Shown here: in pieces, positions 20,668 through 30,772 of the stretch
Layout of the letters: each line of letters begins with the position of its first letter
Position numbering within the stretch: the stretch's first letter is position 1
NCBI GenBank assembly: GCA_036676395.1
Contig: JAKFCY010000003.1
Coordinates: 416,001-480,000, forward strand
Direction of reading: 5' to 3'
Source of the DNA: Bdellovibrio sp.
GTDB taxonomy: Bacteria; Bdellovibrionota; Bdellovibrionia; Bdellovibrionales; Bdellovibrionaceae
Length of the DNA stretch: 64,000 nt
The notes under the pieces: generated by a model
What the model was told of the DNA's origin: nothing
The model's database searches: none
Seen by the model: the letters and a program-made list of their open reading frames with translations, nothing else
Made by a program: the position numbers and the translations under genes

Positions 20668-21627
20668 TTACGGAGCCCACGCACGATACCAAAGTGCTCC
20701 ATCGCTTCCGCGCGCAAATACAAAGATGCGGGCATTACTGAAATCTCTGGCGTAAGTTGTAGCTCCGGGCCCAGAAGTGATTCCGCTATTATTCGGACTG
20801 CCAAGATTTACATTGGCTCCCCAGACGCCATTAATCCAAACTTTTTGAATGAGTGTATTGTTTGGAGCTCTGGCAAATAAATCCAGTGAACCTTGATAAC
20901 GGCTGACAATATCGGGTGAGCCGATCACAGAACCACTGCCGAGATAATTGTATGGATACCAAATTCCGCCTTCCATAAATCGGTGCATTAAAGTTCCAGT
21001 TGTGGCTCGGACTACTAAATCCAGTCGTCCTGCTGATTGTTGAATTGCCGCCGGGTCACTGTAGACAATCGGACTTACGGGTATCCAAGTTTTATCGTAG
21101 CAACTGTGGTCGGCTAACGAACAAGGTCTGTAATAAAGTGTATTGTTAGATCCTCGCGCAAAAAGTTGTGGCATTGATTGCCCATCATTTAATGAAGGTG
21201 AAGATAAACCAGATCCGATGGCTAATCTATTATTGGAAACTCCGTTAACTAACCATTTTGTCCAAGGCGTAAAATTGTTCAGGCCGGCGTGATATGTTTG
21301 ATAAAGGAATCCGTCATATCCTACAGCATAAGCTTCGAAATAATCTGCATCGCGATAGGCCCTACAAGCAACTGATGGTGAACCAGTAAATTGTCTTGTG
21401 CCGGGAATTCTTTTCCATTCATCCCAGATGCCTGTGCTTAATGTTCTCATTCGATACCACATAGCATAGTCAGTACCTTTAGCGACGATGAATGTTTTTC
21501 CGCGTGAAGTACAAGCTGCTGGGTCAGAAAGGATGCCGCCCCCCAAAGTAACCCACGGTGTCCACGCGGCGAAAGCTGGGGCTGCGAATAATATTATTGA
21601 AATTAAAAAATAAAAAAAACGAACCAT
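20668..21627 (-). CDS. Secreted beta-propeller lectin-like protein (PLL/DUF346-type repeats)
   Basis: Repeated W..LGG..S.P and FARG.D..LW motifs; AGGAGG RBS; signal peptide. Confidence 0.75.
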   Translation of the reverse strand: MVRFFYFLISIILFAAPAFAAWTPWVTLGGGILSDPAACTSRGKTFIVAKGTDYAMWYRMRTLSTGIWDEWKRIPGTRQFTGSPSVACRAYRDADYFEAYAVGYDGFLYQTYHAGLNNFTPWTKWLVNGVSNNRLAIGSGLSSPSLNDGQSMPQLFARGSNNTLYYRPCSLADHSCYDKTWIPVSPIVYSDPAAIQQSAGRLDLVVRATTGTLMHRFMEGGIWYPYNYLGSGSVIGSPDIVSRYQGSLDLFARAPNNTLIQKVWINGVWGANVNLGSPNNSGITSGPGATTYARDFSNARIFVFARGSDGALWYRAWAP

Positions 21628-21708
21628 ATAAACCTCCTGTTGTATTCGAATGGCATTCTGCCTCGAGATGTACAAAAGGTATTTAACAGCAAATTAAAGG
21701 CCCCGTTT

Positions 21709-22272
21709 TTAGAACGCCGAGCTTGATAAAGCTAGCGTGTGTTTTTTTAAATCTTTCGGCCAATCAGCAATAGCTTCTTTAAATTTGCCTTCATCTTGAC
21801 GGTATAAATAACGAATCGCATCTTCAAAATTATTTAAATCACCGGCGATTGAATTCAAAAATGTGTAAACACTTTCTTGCGTTTGTTTAATTTTATCTTT
21901 TGGCGTTGCCACTTTCATCTTTTCATCGACCAAGCGTCTAATCGTAGCTGATGCGCCCCCTGCTTGTGTTGAAAGCCATTCCCAGTGAATTGGCATAAGT
22001 GATATTTCACGGGGCTTCACGCCCATTTTAGGGCGACCTGCGCTGATGCTGGTTGTTGTCGTTTCAGCGGCTTTATAAACGTTTAATCTTTCGATCACGT
22101 CTTTGTCGGTGCCGCTGAGATCTAAATCCATTTGTTTACCAGACAGGTCACTGAAAATAAGAATGCGAGCCGTGGTTTCTTTTTTTAGATATTTTTTTGT
22201 GGCGATAGCCACGTCTTCGATATTGCCTTGGGCAATTAATTTAAAACCGTCGAATACTGTGTAATTAAACAT
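21709..22272 (-). CDS. DUF2239 family protein
   Basis: LIFSDLSGKQMDLDLSG, GRPKMGVKPREISLMPIHWEWLSTQAGGASATIRRLVDE, AGDLNNFEDAIRYLY. Confidence 0.88.
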   Translation of the reverse strand: MFNYTVFDGFKLIAQGNIEDVAIATKKYLKKETTARILIFSDLSGKQMDLDLSGTDKDVIERLNVYKAAETTTTSISAGRPKMGVKPREISLMPIHWEWLSTQAGGASATIRRLVDEKMKVATPKDKIKQTQESVYTFLNSIAGDLNNFEDAIRYLYRQDEGKFKEAIADWPKDLKKHTLALSSSAF

Positions 22273-22290
22273 AACTTACCTCGTAAATTT

Positions 22291-22340
22291 AATATTACCC
22301 GGATAAAATAGGATTGTCAATATTATCCGGGTAAAATAGG
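22291..22340 (-). promoter_or_regulatory. sigma70 promoter TTGACA-N17-TAATAT flanked by two TTAYCCGGRTAA operators
   Basis: -35 at 22320-22315, -10 at 22297-22292; operators at 22295-22306 and 22323-22334. Confidence 0.75.
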
Positions 22341-22369
22341 TAAGCTGCTGAAAAGCTTAAGAAAAATTA

Positions 22370-22762
22370 TTATTTCTTTTTAAATAATGGCTTAATCGTC
22401 GCAGCATATGGTTGCGCGAAGAATGCTAGATACACTGTTAATAATCCTAACACGATAGCAATCGGTAAACCTTCTGGTTGTAAAAAAGCATGCACTAAAA
22501 AAATGTGGATCATGATAGGAGCCAGCACGACTAGCGCTAGAGGAACAAAGAATCCGCTCAGCAAGAACAAGCCACACACGACTTCAGTTAGCTTTAAAAA
22601 GGGCATAAAGTAAGTTGTCGCCATTAAACCCGTTGTGAAAGTTACAAGTTTTTCTGGTAGATCTGGTGGAACCGGTACTAAATTTAATAAACCGGCTAAG
22701 CCTGATGCGAACATCACAAGGCCAAGTAATATACGTGCGATTAATGGTAGTTTTGCTTTCAT
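22370..22762 (-). CDS. DoxX family membrane protein
   Basis: ARILLGLVMFASG, EVVCGLFLLSG, LAPIMIHIFLVH. Confidence 0.85.
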   Translation of the reverse strand: MKAKLPLIARILLGLVMFASGLAGLLNLVPVPPDLPEKLVTFTTGLMATTYFMPFLKLTEVVCGLFLLSGFFVPLALVVLAPIMIHIFLVHAFLQPEGLPIAIVLGLLTVYLAFFAQPYAATIKPLFKKK

Positions 22763-22855
22763 GTGAAATACTCCTATATAACAATCGTTACATAGGAGTA
22801 CTTAATTTTGTATCAAATTTTCTATTCTTGTAATTTAGCAGTCACTCAGACAGAT

Positions 22856-23638
22856 TTATTTGGCGTTATTCTGTATTAGGCTTGGCGCAAAGCCGGGGCT
22901 TGTTACCGTATGACCAGAAAGTGATTCTTTGATTTTTACGGCTACGGCATCAGCCCAGTGATCTGCTAGAACGCCGCTGTAATGTAAGTTATCACTGCGA
23001 TTTGGTAAGATAGCCTTACCCTTTGCTTTAATTTCGCGGCTATCAATATAAGTACAGCGCTCTCGGACTGTTTCTTTTAAATTGTCGATGAAAGTTTGGA
23101 TTCTAGGTTGCCCGCATTTTTTTCCGACGACACCTATTGCAGGCTGTTCGGTTGGACCAACCCAAATGCATTTTGATTTTGATCGCAGCTGCGCTAAGAG
23201 TTCTTTAACCGCCGCCATTTGTTCAGTTTTATCTGTGATATTACATTTTGAGTATAAATCATTGGTACCAAGTGCGATCACGACTGTCGGTTCGGCACCT
23301 TGAAATAATTGGCTTGGCGTTGGAAAATCTTTTTTTGGAGCTTGGCCGTTTACCTGGCCGTCTCCATCACAGTAATAACCGATGTTTAATTTGCGAATAG
23401 TTGAGTTATCTTTTTTATTCCAGTGCTGAGCCGCTGCGCCGACAACACCATAACGTTTCACCGGAGATTTGCCTAAGACAAGCTCAAGATTTTTTTCTAA
23501 TCTTTGTCCAAAGGTGCCCACGGTGTGTGAATCGCCGATGTAGATCACGCGATCTGCAGACGCCGAATTCTGGCAAGCAAGGCTTTGTACCCCGCTAAGC
23601 CAGATCGTTAAACTAAGAAATATTTTTAAACTAGACAC
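22856..23638 (-). CDS. Secreted SGNH/GDSL hydrolase
   Basis: IGDSHT, LGTND, DNLHY blocks; signal peptide. Confidence 0.85.
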   Translation of the reverse strand: MSSLKIFLSLTIWLSGVQSLACQNSASADRVIYIGDSHTVGTFGQRLEKNLELVLGKSPVKRYGVVGAAAQHWNKKDNSTIRKLNIGYYCDGDGQVNGQAPKKDFPTPSQLFQGAEPTVVIALGTNDLYSKCNITDKTEQMAAVKELLAQLRSKSKCIWVGPTEQPAIGVVGKKCGQPRIQTFIDNLKETVRERCTYIDSREIKAKGKAILPNRSDNLHYSGVLADHWADAVAVKIKESLSGHTVTSPGFAPSLIQNNAK

Positions 23639-23640
23639 TT

Positions 23641-24474
23641 TTATAAATCAGTTAATTCGACTTGTAGATCAGTTGCCGGGTGATCTGAACCCTTATCGTG
23701 AATAAAGCGCGCACGATTGATTTTCATACCACGCGTGTAAGCATCATCTAGTTGTTTTTTCTTGATCGGGTTTTCCCACGGAACTTGTTTTAATCCCGCC
23801 GAAGCTAAGATACGTTTTGTTAAAGCAACGCGAGACGCATTTTTCGTGTTGAAATCACCAGCAAACACCACTGGTCCGTTATGCGCTTTGATTTCAGGTA
23901 AAATCATATTTAATTGGCGCTCTAAAGCCTCATCACCATCCCAGTTAATACCGTGAATGCTAATCGCTAATAATTTCTTAGCGCTTCCTGGTACGGCATA
24001 ATACGCAAGTACTGTTGCCTTAGGGCTTTTAACAAATGGTTCGATATCTTTTGTTCTGTAAAAATGAACATTATGCGGGCGCGCTGCCGAACCTAACACT
24101 GTGCCAGCGGCAATATCGTTTTTCATATCAAAAGATGCAGCTAAGTGCCATTCCCAGCCAGCAATTTTAAAGCTGTCAGAAACAGGCGATCCAGTTGTTG
24201 CTTCGGATAACATAATGAGATCTCTATTTTTTGCTAGTGCTGCAAAAGATTTTTTGTAGTCAGATTTTCTGCCTTTATAAATATTCCAAGAAAGGATGCT
24301 TAGCTTTGTTGAATTTAATGTTGGCAAAGAAGCTTGTCCCATTGAATGCATCACATTGGCATCATCAGGAATACTTTCGCATAAAAATGAACATGAGCCG
24401 TAACCCGAACCTGCTGACTGAGCCTGAGGAATTAAAATAAAAGATAGCAAAGACAGAAGTAATAATTTTTTCAT
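23641..24474 (-). CDS. Secreted endonuclease/exonuclease/phosphatase family protein (YafD-like)
   Basis: SWNIYK, HGIN, AGDFN, LDD, SDH motifs. Confidence 0.88.
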   Translation of the reverse strand: MKKLLLLSLLSFILIPQAQSAGSGYGSCSFLCESIPDDANVMHSMGQASLPTLNSTKLSILSWNIYKGRKSDYKKSFAALAKNRDLIMLSEATTGSPVSDSFKIAGWEWHLAASFDMKNDIAAGTVLGSAARPHNVHFYRTKDIEPFVKSPKATVLAYYAVPGSAKKLLAISIHGINWDGDEALERQLNMILPEIKAHNGPVVFAGDFNTKNASRVALTKRILASAGLKQVPWENPIKKKQLDDAYTRGMKINRARFIHDKGSDHPATDLQVELTDL

Positions 24475-24707
24475 ATACCCACCTAGTTGTTGTTCTAGGA
24501 GGCTTATCGTCTAGTGTTCTGAACGGCTTTAAACACTGAGAAAATGTAAATCTAATCCGCAGGACTAGACTATTTCAGAGACCTTTTGTTATGTCCCTTT
24601 TTGAGACTTGTTAAAATTCGCTCGGGGGCATTTTTGCCAGAGTTACCCAATGTAAAACAACTCCTACGACTAAAGCGCTGTCATGATAATTGCTCATTCG
24701 CCTCAGG

Positions 24708-25466
24708 ATGGAAAACGTGTGCGATTCAGTGAAGTTTGGTGTTTTTGCTTTTGCATTTTTTTTGCTCAGCTCTATAGCTAAAGCAGAAATGCCGCTAGCT
24801 ACTTCTGACTACCACAACCAGTACGAAATAAACTCTGAAACAGTGTATTTTTCTGACAGCAAATTGGTACAAAGTGATTTGCGCTTCTTGGTCGGCAGAA
24901 AGTTTGATACTTTTTCTAATCGCGATTTACGCTTAGCCGTCGGTGGTTACGGGCTTTATCAAGATTCTGAAGTTTTTGATTACAGTTATCGTCACGGTGC
25001 CGTTGCACAAGTGAAACTAAATCTTTTGCGTAACTGGTTATTTTTTGTTTACGAGTTTCATTATTTTATCACGCGCCATGATTCAGATTATCAAAATGAA
25101 AATCGTTTTGGTCTGTATGGTGGGTATTATTATCAGTTTAATGAGCGCAGTATTATGGATATCTATGCCGAAACTTTTCATATACCCGATATTTCGCGCG
25201 ATCATCCGCTAAGCACAGGGCGCGCAAGTATTTTTTGGGACACCAAACTTTTTGATTTTCATATCTTAGACTTGTTAACAGAAATTTATGCCAAAGATTC
25301 ACCGGCTAGTTGGGGCGGCTCGCGCACTGATTTACGTGTTGGTGTTAAGTTTCAGCCTTGGGATTTTTTTGCAGCTAAACTTTTTGTGCCCGTAGCTTCT
25401 AGCGAAGACGATGCGACTGGTGAATGGCAGGGGCAACTTAACATTTATAAAGTCGGAGATTTCTAA
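24708..25466 (+). CDS. Outer-membrane beta-barrel, putative glycan export pore (start 24708 or GTG 24729)
   Basis: Signal peptide (AKA), aromatic beta strands, C-terminal F; 3 bp upstream of the nfrB-like gene. Confidence 0.7.
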   Translation: MENVCDSVKFGVFAFAFFLLSSIAKAEMPLATSDYHNQYEINSETVYFSDSKLVQSDLRFLVGRKFDTFSNRDLRLAVGGYGLYQDSEVFDYSYRHGAVAQVKLNLLRNWLFFVYEFHYFITRHDSDYQNENRFGLYGGYYYQFNERSIMDIYAETFHIPDISRDHPLSTGRASIFWDTKLFDFHILDLLTEIYAKDSPASWGGSRTDLRVGVKFQPWDFFAAKLFVPVASSEDDATGEWQGQLNIYKVGDF

Positions 25467-25469
25467 ATT

Positions 25470-26906
25470 ATGGAAAATACATGGATGATATTTTCTTATT
25501 TTATAATTTTTGCTGTTATGTTTTTTTGCATGGACGATTTATTTATCGATTTTATCGCGCTAGTTTTTAATTTAAAACCAAAAGCGATTTCAATGGATCA
25601 GCTTGCTAACATGCACAATATGCCACAAAAACGAATTGCGATTATGATCGCCAATTGGCATGAAGACGAGATCATCGAACGTATGATTCATGGCAATATT
25701 GGCCGTGTTGATTATATAAATTACGATATTTTCTTGGGCGTGTATCCAAACGATGTAGCTACCGTTGTCGCGGCTCAGCGGCTCGAGGCTGCTTATAGCC
25801 GAATCCATGTGGTAATCAATAGTAAGAATGGCCCATCGTCTAAAGGGCAAATGTTAAATGAAATTGTGCATCAGATTACGGTAAAAGAAATTCGCGATAA
25901 AAAAATCTACGATATTTTTATGCTTCACGACTCAGAAGATATTATTCATCCATTGGCGTTAAAATTAGTTAATTATGAAATGGATGCAGCCGACTTTTTA
26001 CAAACACCGGTATTTAGTTTGCCAACATGCTGGACTGATTTGACTAGAGCTATATATATAGATGAATTTACCGAAAGTCATACCAAAGACATGCTGGTGC
26101 GCAGTTTTTTAAAAGGCGGAGTTCCTTCGGCTGGTGTCGGCACTGCGATGTCACACTTATTTGTGTCTGAAATCAAACTTCTACAAAGCGGACAACTTTT
26201 AAAAGAAGACACACTAACCGAAGATTATCATTTAGGATTGATGGCCCAGCGTCTTGGTTATGAAAGTAAGTTTATCTGTAACTACGTTCAAAAAAAAAAT
26301 CGCATCGATTACATAGCCACGCGCGAATATTTTCCGGCATCGACAGCCACCTCGATTCGCCAAAAAGCACGTTGGGCTTTGGGAATCAGCTTTCAGGGTT
26401 ATGAGAATTTAAAATGGTCTAAAAATTTAACTGAAAACTATTTTTTATGGCGCGATCGCCGTAGTGTTTTAAATGCGATAGTTTTGGTGTTATCTTATTC
26501 ACTTACGTTATCTTATCTGAGTTATTATTTTATATCGGGCACATGGCCAAATTTTTTATTGAGCGACCATGTTTTGTTGAGCGTGCTGTCGTTAAATTTT
26601 TACTTGATGGCGATAAGACTGGTGCAACGTTATCGTTTAGTGTTTGAACTTAATGGTTTAAAATTGGCGTTATTAATTCCAGTTCGTTGGTTTTGGGCAA
26701 ATTATATTAATACCATGGCCTCATTCGAGGCGTTTAAGACCTATCGTGCCCACGTGAAAACCGGAACTCGCCCGCAGTGGGTTAAGACGGTTCATGAATT
26801 GCCAACTTTTTTCGGAGCTATAGCTGTTTCACCGCCGCAACTTCATATTGAAAATATAACAAATGAAATGACTTTAAAAAGCCAAACAACGGAGCAAACT
26901 TTATGA
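25470..26906 (+). CDS. NfrB-like GT2 glycosyltransferase (phage N4 adsorption protein B family)
   Basis: MDDLFID, ANWHE, GVYPND, HDSED, VPSAGVGT, LTEDY, TREYFP, RQKARW, WRDR motifs. Confidence 0.88.
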   Translation: MENTWMIFSYFIIFAVMFFCMDDLFIDFIALVFNLKPKAISMDQLANMHNMPQKRIAIMIANWHEDEIIERMIHGNIGRVDYINYDIFLGVYPNDVATVVAAQRLEAAYSRIHVVINSKNGPSSKGQMLNEIVHQITVKEIRDKKIYDIFMLHDSEDIIHPLALKLVNYEMDAADFLQTPVFSLPTCWTDLTRAIYIDEFTESHTKDMLVRSFLKGGVPSAGVGTAMSHLFVSEIKLLQSGQLLKEDTLTEDYHLGLMAQRLGYESKFICNYVQKKNRIDYIATREYFPASTATSIRQKARWALGISFQGYENLKWSKNLTENYFLWRDRRSVLNAIVLVLSYSLTLSYLSYYFISGTWPNFLLSDHVLLSVLSLNFYLMAIRLVQRYRLVFELNGLKLALLIPVRWFWANYINTMASFEAFKTYRAHVKTGTRPQWVKTVHELPTFFGAIAVSPPQLHIENITNEMTLKSQTTEQTL

Positions 26907-28723
26907 AAAGAGCCATTATAAAATTAATTAAACATTTTACACTAATTTTGATGTTTCCTGCGATCACTCAGGCCGCTACAGATTGTGTACAAGTTTACTA
27001 TGATCGCGGCCCACAAGATTATTGGATTGGCCATGCCAACGCCGTATTCATGCAAAATCTTTTAGGCCACTTTCCGCACTTGCAGCAAGTTGTTGCACCG
27101 ATCGAAAAATATAAAAAAGGTGATTTAAATCGTTGTAAAGCCAGCGTTTATATTGGAACGCATTTTATGGCGCAAATCCCCGAAGATTTTCACACCGATT
27201 ATATCAACACAACCAAAAATGTTGCGTGGCTTGGATACAATATTTGGCGCAAGCCCGAAGTTTTAGAAAAAGTGTTTAACTATCGTTATAACCAATTAAC
27301 CACTTTGGACACGACCCGCCTGGATCAATCAGCAAAGCCCACCTATTTTAAATGGATTGATTATAAAGGAGAAAGATTTAAAAAATTCGGCGAATGGAGT
27401 GTGACGCCGCCGCGAATTTTTCATGCTCCTTTTGAAATGAGCGCGATATCACCACTAAATATGGTGAGCACACAAACACAAATATTAGCCGTCGCCGAAC
27501 ACAATGGAACAGGTGAAAGACTTCCTTATATTTTGCGCAATAAAAATCATTTCTATGTGGCCGATTCGGTATTTAGTTATATGCATGAATCAGATCGCTA
27601 TTTGGTGTTTTCAGATTTAATTTTTGATATTTTAGATGAAAAACCACGTCACAAGAAAAAGTTTGCAGTGATGCGCATCGAGGATGTGCATCCCTTAATT
27701 AGCAATGATGTGTTACAGTTAATCTCTAAAACTCTGAAAAAACTTGATATACCGATTAATATTTCGATCATTCCCTTTTATTACGATTCACTTAAGTATG
27801 ATGATCGTCCGGCCAAAGAAAGTTTTATGCCGGCCTCGCAACGCCCGAACTTTGTGTCTTGGATTAAAGATCTACAAGCCCAGAAAGCCACATTTATCTG
27901 GCACGGTATTACGCATCAGTACAGTAAACTTAAAAATCCGCATACCGGGGCTTCTGGTGATGATTTCGAGTTTTGGAATGCCCGCACAAATAAACCTATT
28001 GCTGAAGATAGCGCAAAGTACGTAGTTGATCGCATGTTTATTGGCTCGAAAGAGTTAAGCAAAGTAAATATCAAACCTTATATTTGGATCACCCCGCATT
28101 ATCAGGCCTCCGCATTAGATAATATTTTATTTTCATATCTGGTTCCCTGGTCTATGGGGCGCATGATTTATCAAAATTTTGAATTAAAAAGTCCAATGCC
28201 TGCGCATAACCGCAGTACCTGGTTTACAGATGGAGACGTGGCTAAGCAGAAGGCCCGCCAAGGTTATTTAGGTCATATTAAATTAGAAACAACTTCTCCA
28301 TGGAGCGGTCAATTATTTCCGTACGAAATTTACGGTGATGTTTATGGCCAGCGGGTGCTGCCTGAAAATTTAGGTAATGTACAACCCAAACAAAACGACC
28401 AAGTGGTGTTTCCGCGCACTGCCGATGAAATAATTGCCGATGCAAAAAGAAATTTAGTGCTTCGCGATGTGTGGGCTTCTTACTTCTATCATCCGTTTTT
28501 GTTTCAGACTCCCGAAACGCTTCTTCGTCCAGAACATTTGCCGGCAGGTCACCCGATCAAAACTCAAGCCGACTTTGATGGCGACACGCGTGAAATGGAG
28601 CGTGTGGTGCTGGAACTTAAAAAAATGGGCTACGAGTTTATCAACATCGAAGATTTCGCGAGACAAAATGTCGATGTGTTAAGACCCGAACCAAAAGTAA
28701 ATTGGGGCAATTCTTTAGAATAG
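26903..28723 (+). CDS. Secreted DUF2334/polysaccharide deacetylase-like protein
   Basis: MRIEDVHP, WHGITHQ, TPHYQAS, LPENLG, ASYFYHPF; ATGA overlap with the nfrB-like gene. Confidence 0.82.
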   Translation: MKRAIIKLIKHFTLILMFPAITQAATDCVQVYYDRGPQDYWIGHANAVFMQNLLGHFPHLQQVVAPIEKYKKGDLNRCKASVYIGTHFMAQIPEDFHTDYINTTKNVAWLGYNIWRKPEVLEKVFNYRYNQLTTLDTTRLDQSAKPTYFKWIDYKGERFKKFGEWSVTPPRIFHAPFEMSAISPLNMVSTQTQILAVAEHNGTGERLPYILRNKNHFYVADSVFSYMHESDRYLVFSDLIFDILDEKPRHKKKFAVMRIEDVHPLISNDVLQLISKTLKKLDIPINISIIPFYYDSLKYDDRPAKESFMPASQRPNFVSWIKDLQAQKATFIWHGITHQYSKLKNPHTGASGDDFEFWNARTNKPIAEDSAKYVVDRMFIGSKELSKVNIKPYIWITPHYQASALDNILFSYLVPWSMGRMIYQNFELKSPMPAHNRSTWFTDGDVAKQKARQGYLGHIKLETTSPWSGQLFPYEIYGDVYGQRVLPENLGNVQPKQNDQVVFPRTADEIIADAKRNLVLRDVWASYFYHPFLFQTPETLLRPEHLPAGHPIKTQADFDGDTREMERVVLELKKMGYEFINIEDFARQNVDVLRPEPKVNWGNSLE

Positions 28724-28832
28724 CTAACTTTAGGTGATCGCCATGTGATCGCCGTCAGGCACAGACTTTGTAGAACAAGTAAAGCTTATCGACCCGTTAC
28801 TTTGTTAATTTTTGAACAAGAAAGAAGGAAGC

Positions 28833-30698
28833 ATGCGTTTTAGTAGTAAACTTAATCTTTTATTGATGGCAGCAATTTGTGCGATGTCATTAAACTTCGC
28901 CCAAGCCCAAGAAACTCCGCCACATAACGGAGATACGCCGGTAGATACTCCTGCTGATGATAATTCAGGTGTCGATAAAGATAAGGTCAAAAAGAAATTA
29001 CGTGCAGATTTTTTTCTAGATTTTGACTGGGGTGAAGAAGTTCTAAACTTAACGCCGCATCCTAAAAATACTCCTCCGAATGGTTTTTACGAAGCCGCTT
29101 CAGACACATTAATTTTGGGTGATTATTCAAAAGGATTTCGCGTTACAAAATATTCAGAAATTTCTGCTGGCCTTGGCGGAAAATTAAATTGGCATTTTCC
29201 AAATCAAACGGGATTAGCCGGTAAGTTATGGCTTACAGTTGGCTTAATGCCGATGGCCGGAAAAACTTCGGTATCACATCAACATCAGCCGTCATTTGAA
29301 AAAGCAATGAACGCTAAAGCCCGTAAAGTGCCTCTTGAAGCCACTGATTTTAAGACCTGGGCAATGAATGATTCTGTGAACTATTCATCTACAGGCGGAT
29401 TAATTTTTTCGGTCGGGGTAGGTGTTCCGGGTGTAAATATTGGTTCAGACTTTATCGTGCAAGGTACTTTTTCTACTTACATAGAAAAAGTAAGTGCGAA
29501 TGAAGTTTACGTAATGATTTCTAATACCGATGCCAAAAGCTTAGTTATGCAAGTTGATGCGACGGTGGTTCAAGTCGGCGTTACAAAATATAAAGAAATC
29601 GAAGAAGGTATGTCTTACATGATCAATTACAATGATCCTGTAGGTTACAAAGCGTATCATGATTTAATCCGCGGCAACGTGGCTGCGATTCAGTTATTGT
29701 TGCAAGACCCGAATGTAACAGCTATTCAAAAATGGGAAAAATTAAACCGTGTGCAAATTCGTAAGTTAGCTCATTTTAATTTCGGCATCCCCTTTATTAT
29801 GTCATGGGGCTGGACAGCCGGAAAAATCTATGAATTCAGCGATACGCGCGCGTTTTACGATAATACCCGCGCTGAAGTGGATTACGGTGTGTACATCAAA
29901 GAAAAAAGAAAGAAAATTTTTGGCAGCAAAACAGTGCAAACAGAATCTTTTTACGGCTCAGTTTACAGACTGTATAATTACGATAATGACTTAATGACTA
30001 AATATATATTCGGTCAGTACGTATTTAATGCCGATGATAATAAAGCTAAAACTAAAGACATGAAAAAAGTTATTGGCAACCTTATTGAAAAAACGGGTTT
30101 ACGCCAGTTAGAGCTAAACATTCCGAAATATACAAAATTAAAGTTTTCGCGAATTAACTTAGAAGTTAACTTTGATGAAGATCAAACTTTAAATATCATG
30201 AACACTGTGTCTCGTCTGTTACCAGAAACAGTGGCTGAACGCGCAAATCAGTTAGCCGTTAGCTTTTTAACAAGCGAGAGCCAAATGTTAGCACTATGCA
30301 CGCCAGAAGAAACACAAGTGCCAATGTCGACAGAAGCATGTTTGGCTAAATACTATGCCGAAAACACTGAAGCTTCTTCAACTTTAGTAAAAGCCGCTAA
30401 ACTGATGAAAAAACATTTCGAAGCTGGCAATGATAAAGCCTTTTCTTTAGCCTATGCTGATTTTGGTAAATCGATGTTAAAAAATGCAACGATGTTTCAG
30501 GCGATCTTAGGCATGGCAGGGGCCGGTGCCGAGATTGTATACAACATACAAAACACGTACTTTCAAAGTTATCGCGTAATCTACAAAACTACAGATTCTG
30601 CGGGAGTTTTCAAAAGAATGTCGGTTGATACAGAGCCAACTTGGATTTTTGGTAACACGAATCTAAACGAAGCTTTTAAAGTGGCCGCCGGAATGTAA
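28833..30698 (+). CDS. Large secreted hypothetical protein
   Basis: AAGGA RBS, signal peptide (AQA), 621-aa ORF. Confidence 0.75.
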   Translation: MRFSSKLNLLLMAAICAMSLNFAQAQETPPHNGDTPVDTPADDNSGVDKDKVKKKLRADFFLDFDWGEEVLNLTPHPKNTPPNGFYEAASDTLILGDYSKGFRVTKYSEISAGLGGKLNWHFPNQTGLAGKLWLTVGLMPMAGKTSVSHQHQPSFEKAMNAKARKVPLEATDFKTWAMNDSVNYSSTGGLIFSVGVGVPGVNIGSDFIVQGTFSTYIEKVSANEVYVMISNTDAKSLVMQVDATVVQVGVTKYKEIEEGMSYMINYNDPVGYKAYHDLIRGNVAAIQLLLQDPNVTAIQKWEKLNRVQIRKLAHFNFGIPFIMSWGWTAGKIYEFSDTRAFYDNTRAEVDYGVYIKEKRKKIFGSKTVQTESFYGSVYRLYNYDNDLMTKYIFGQYVFNADDNKAKTKDMKKVIGNLIEKTGLRQLELNIPKYTKLKFSRINLEVNFDEDQTLNIMNTVSRLLPETVAERANQLAVSFLTSESQMLALCTPEETQVPMSTEACLAKYYAENTEASSTLVKAAKLMKKHFEAGNDKAFSLAYADFGKSMLKNATMFQAILGMAGAGAEIVYNIQNTYFQSYRVIYKTTDSAGVFKRMSVDTEPTWIFGNTNLNEAFKVAAGM

Positions 30699-30731
30699 AG
30701 ATATAAGTTAACAGTTAAGTAACAAAAATTG

Positions 30732-30772
30732 AAAAAGCCAGCCACAAGGATACTGTGAAGCTGGCTTTTTTT
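30732..30772. terminator. Bidirectional terminator
   Basis: AAAAAGCCAGC...GCTGGCTTTTT. Confidence 0.85.
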
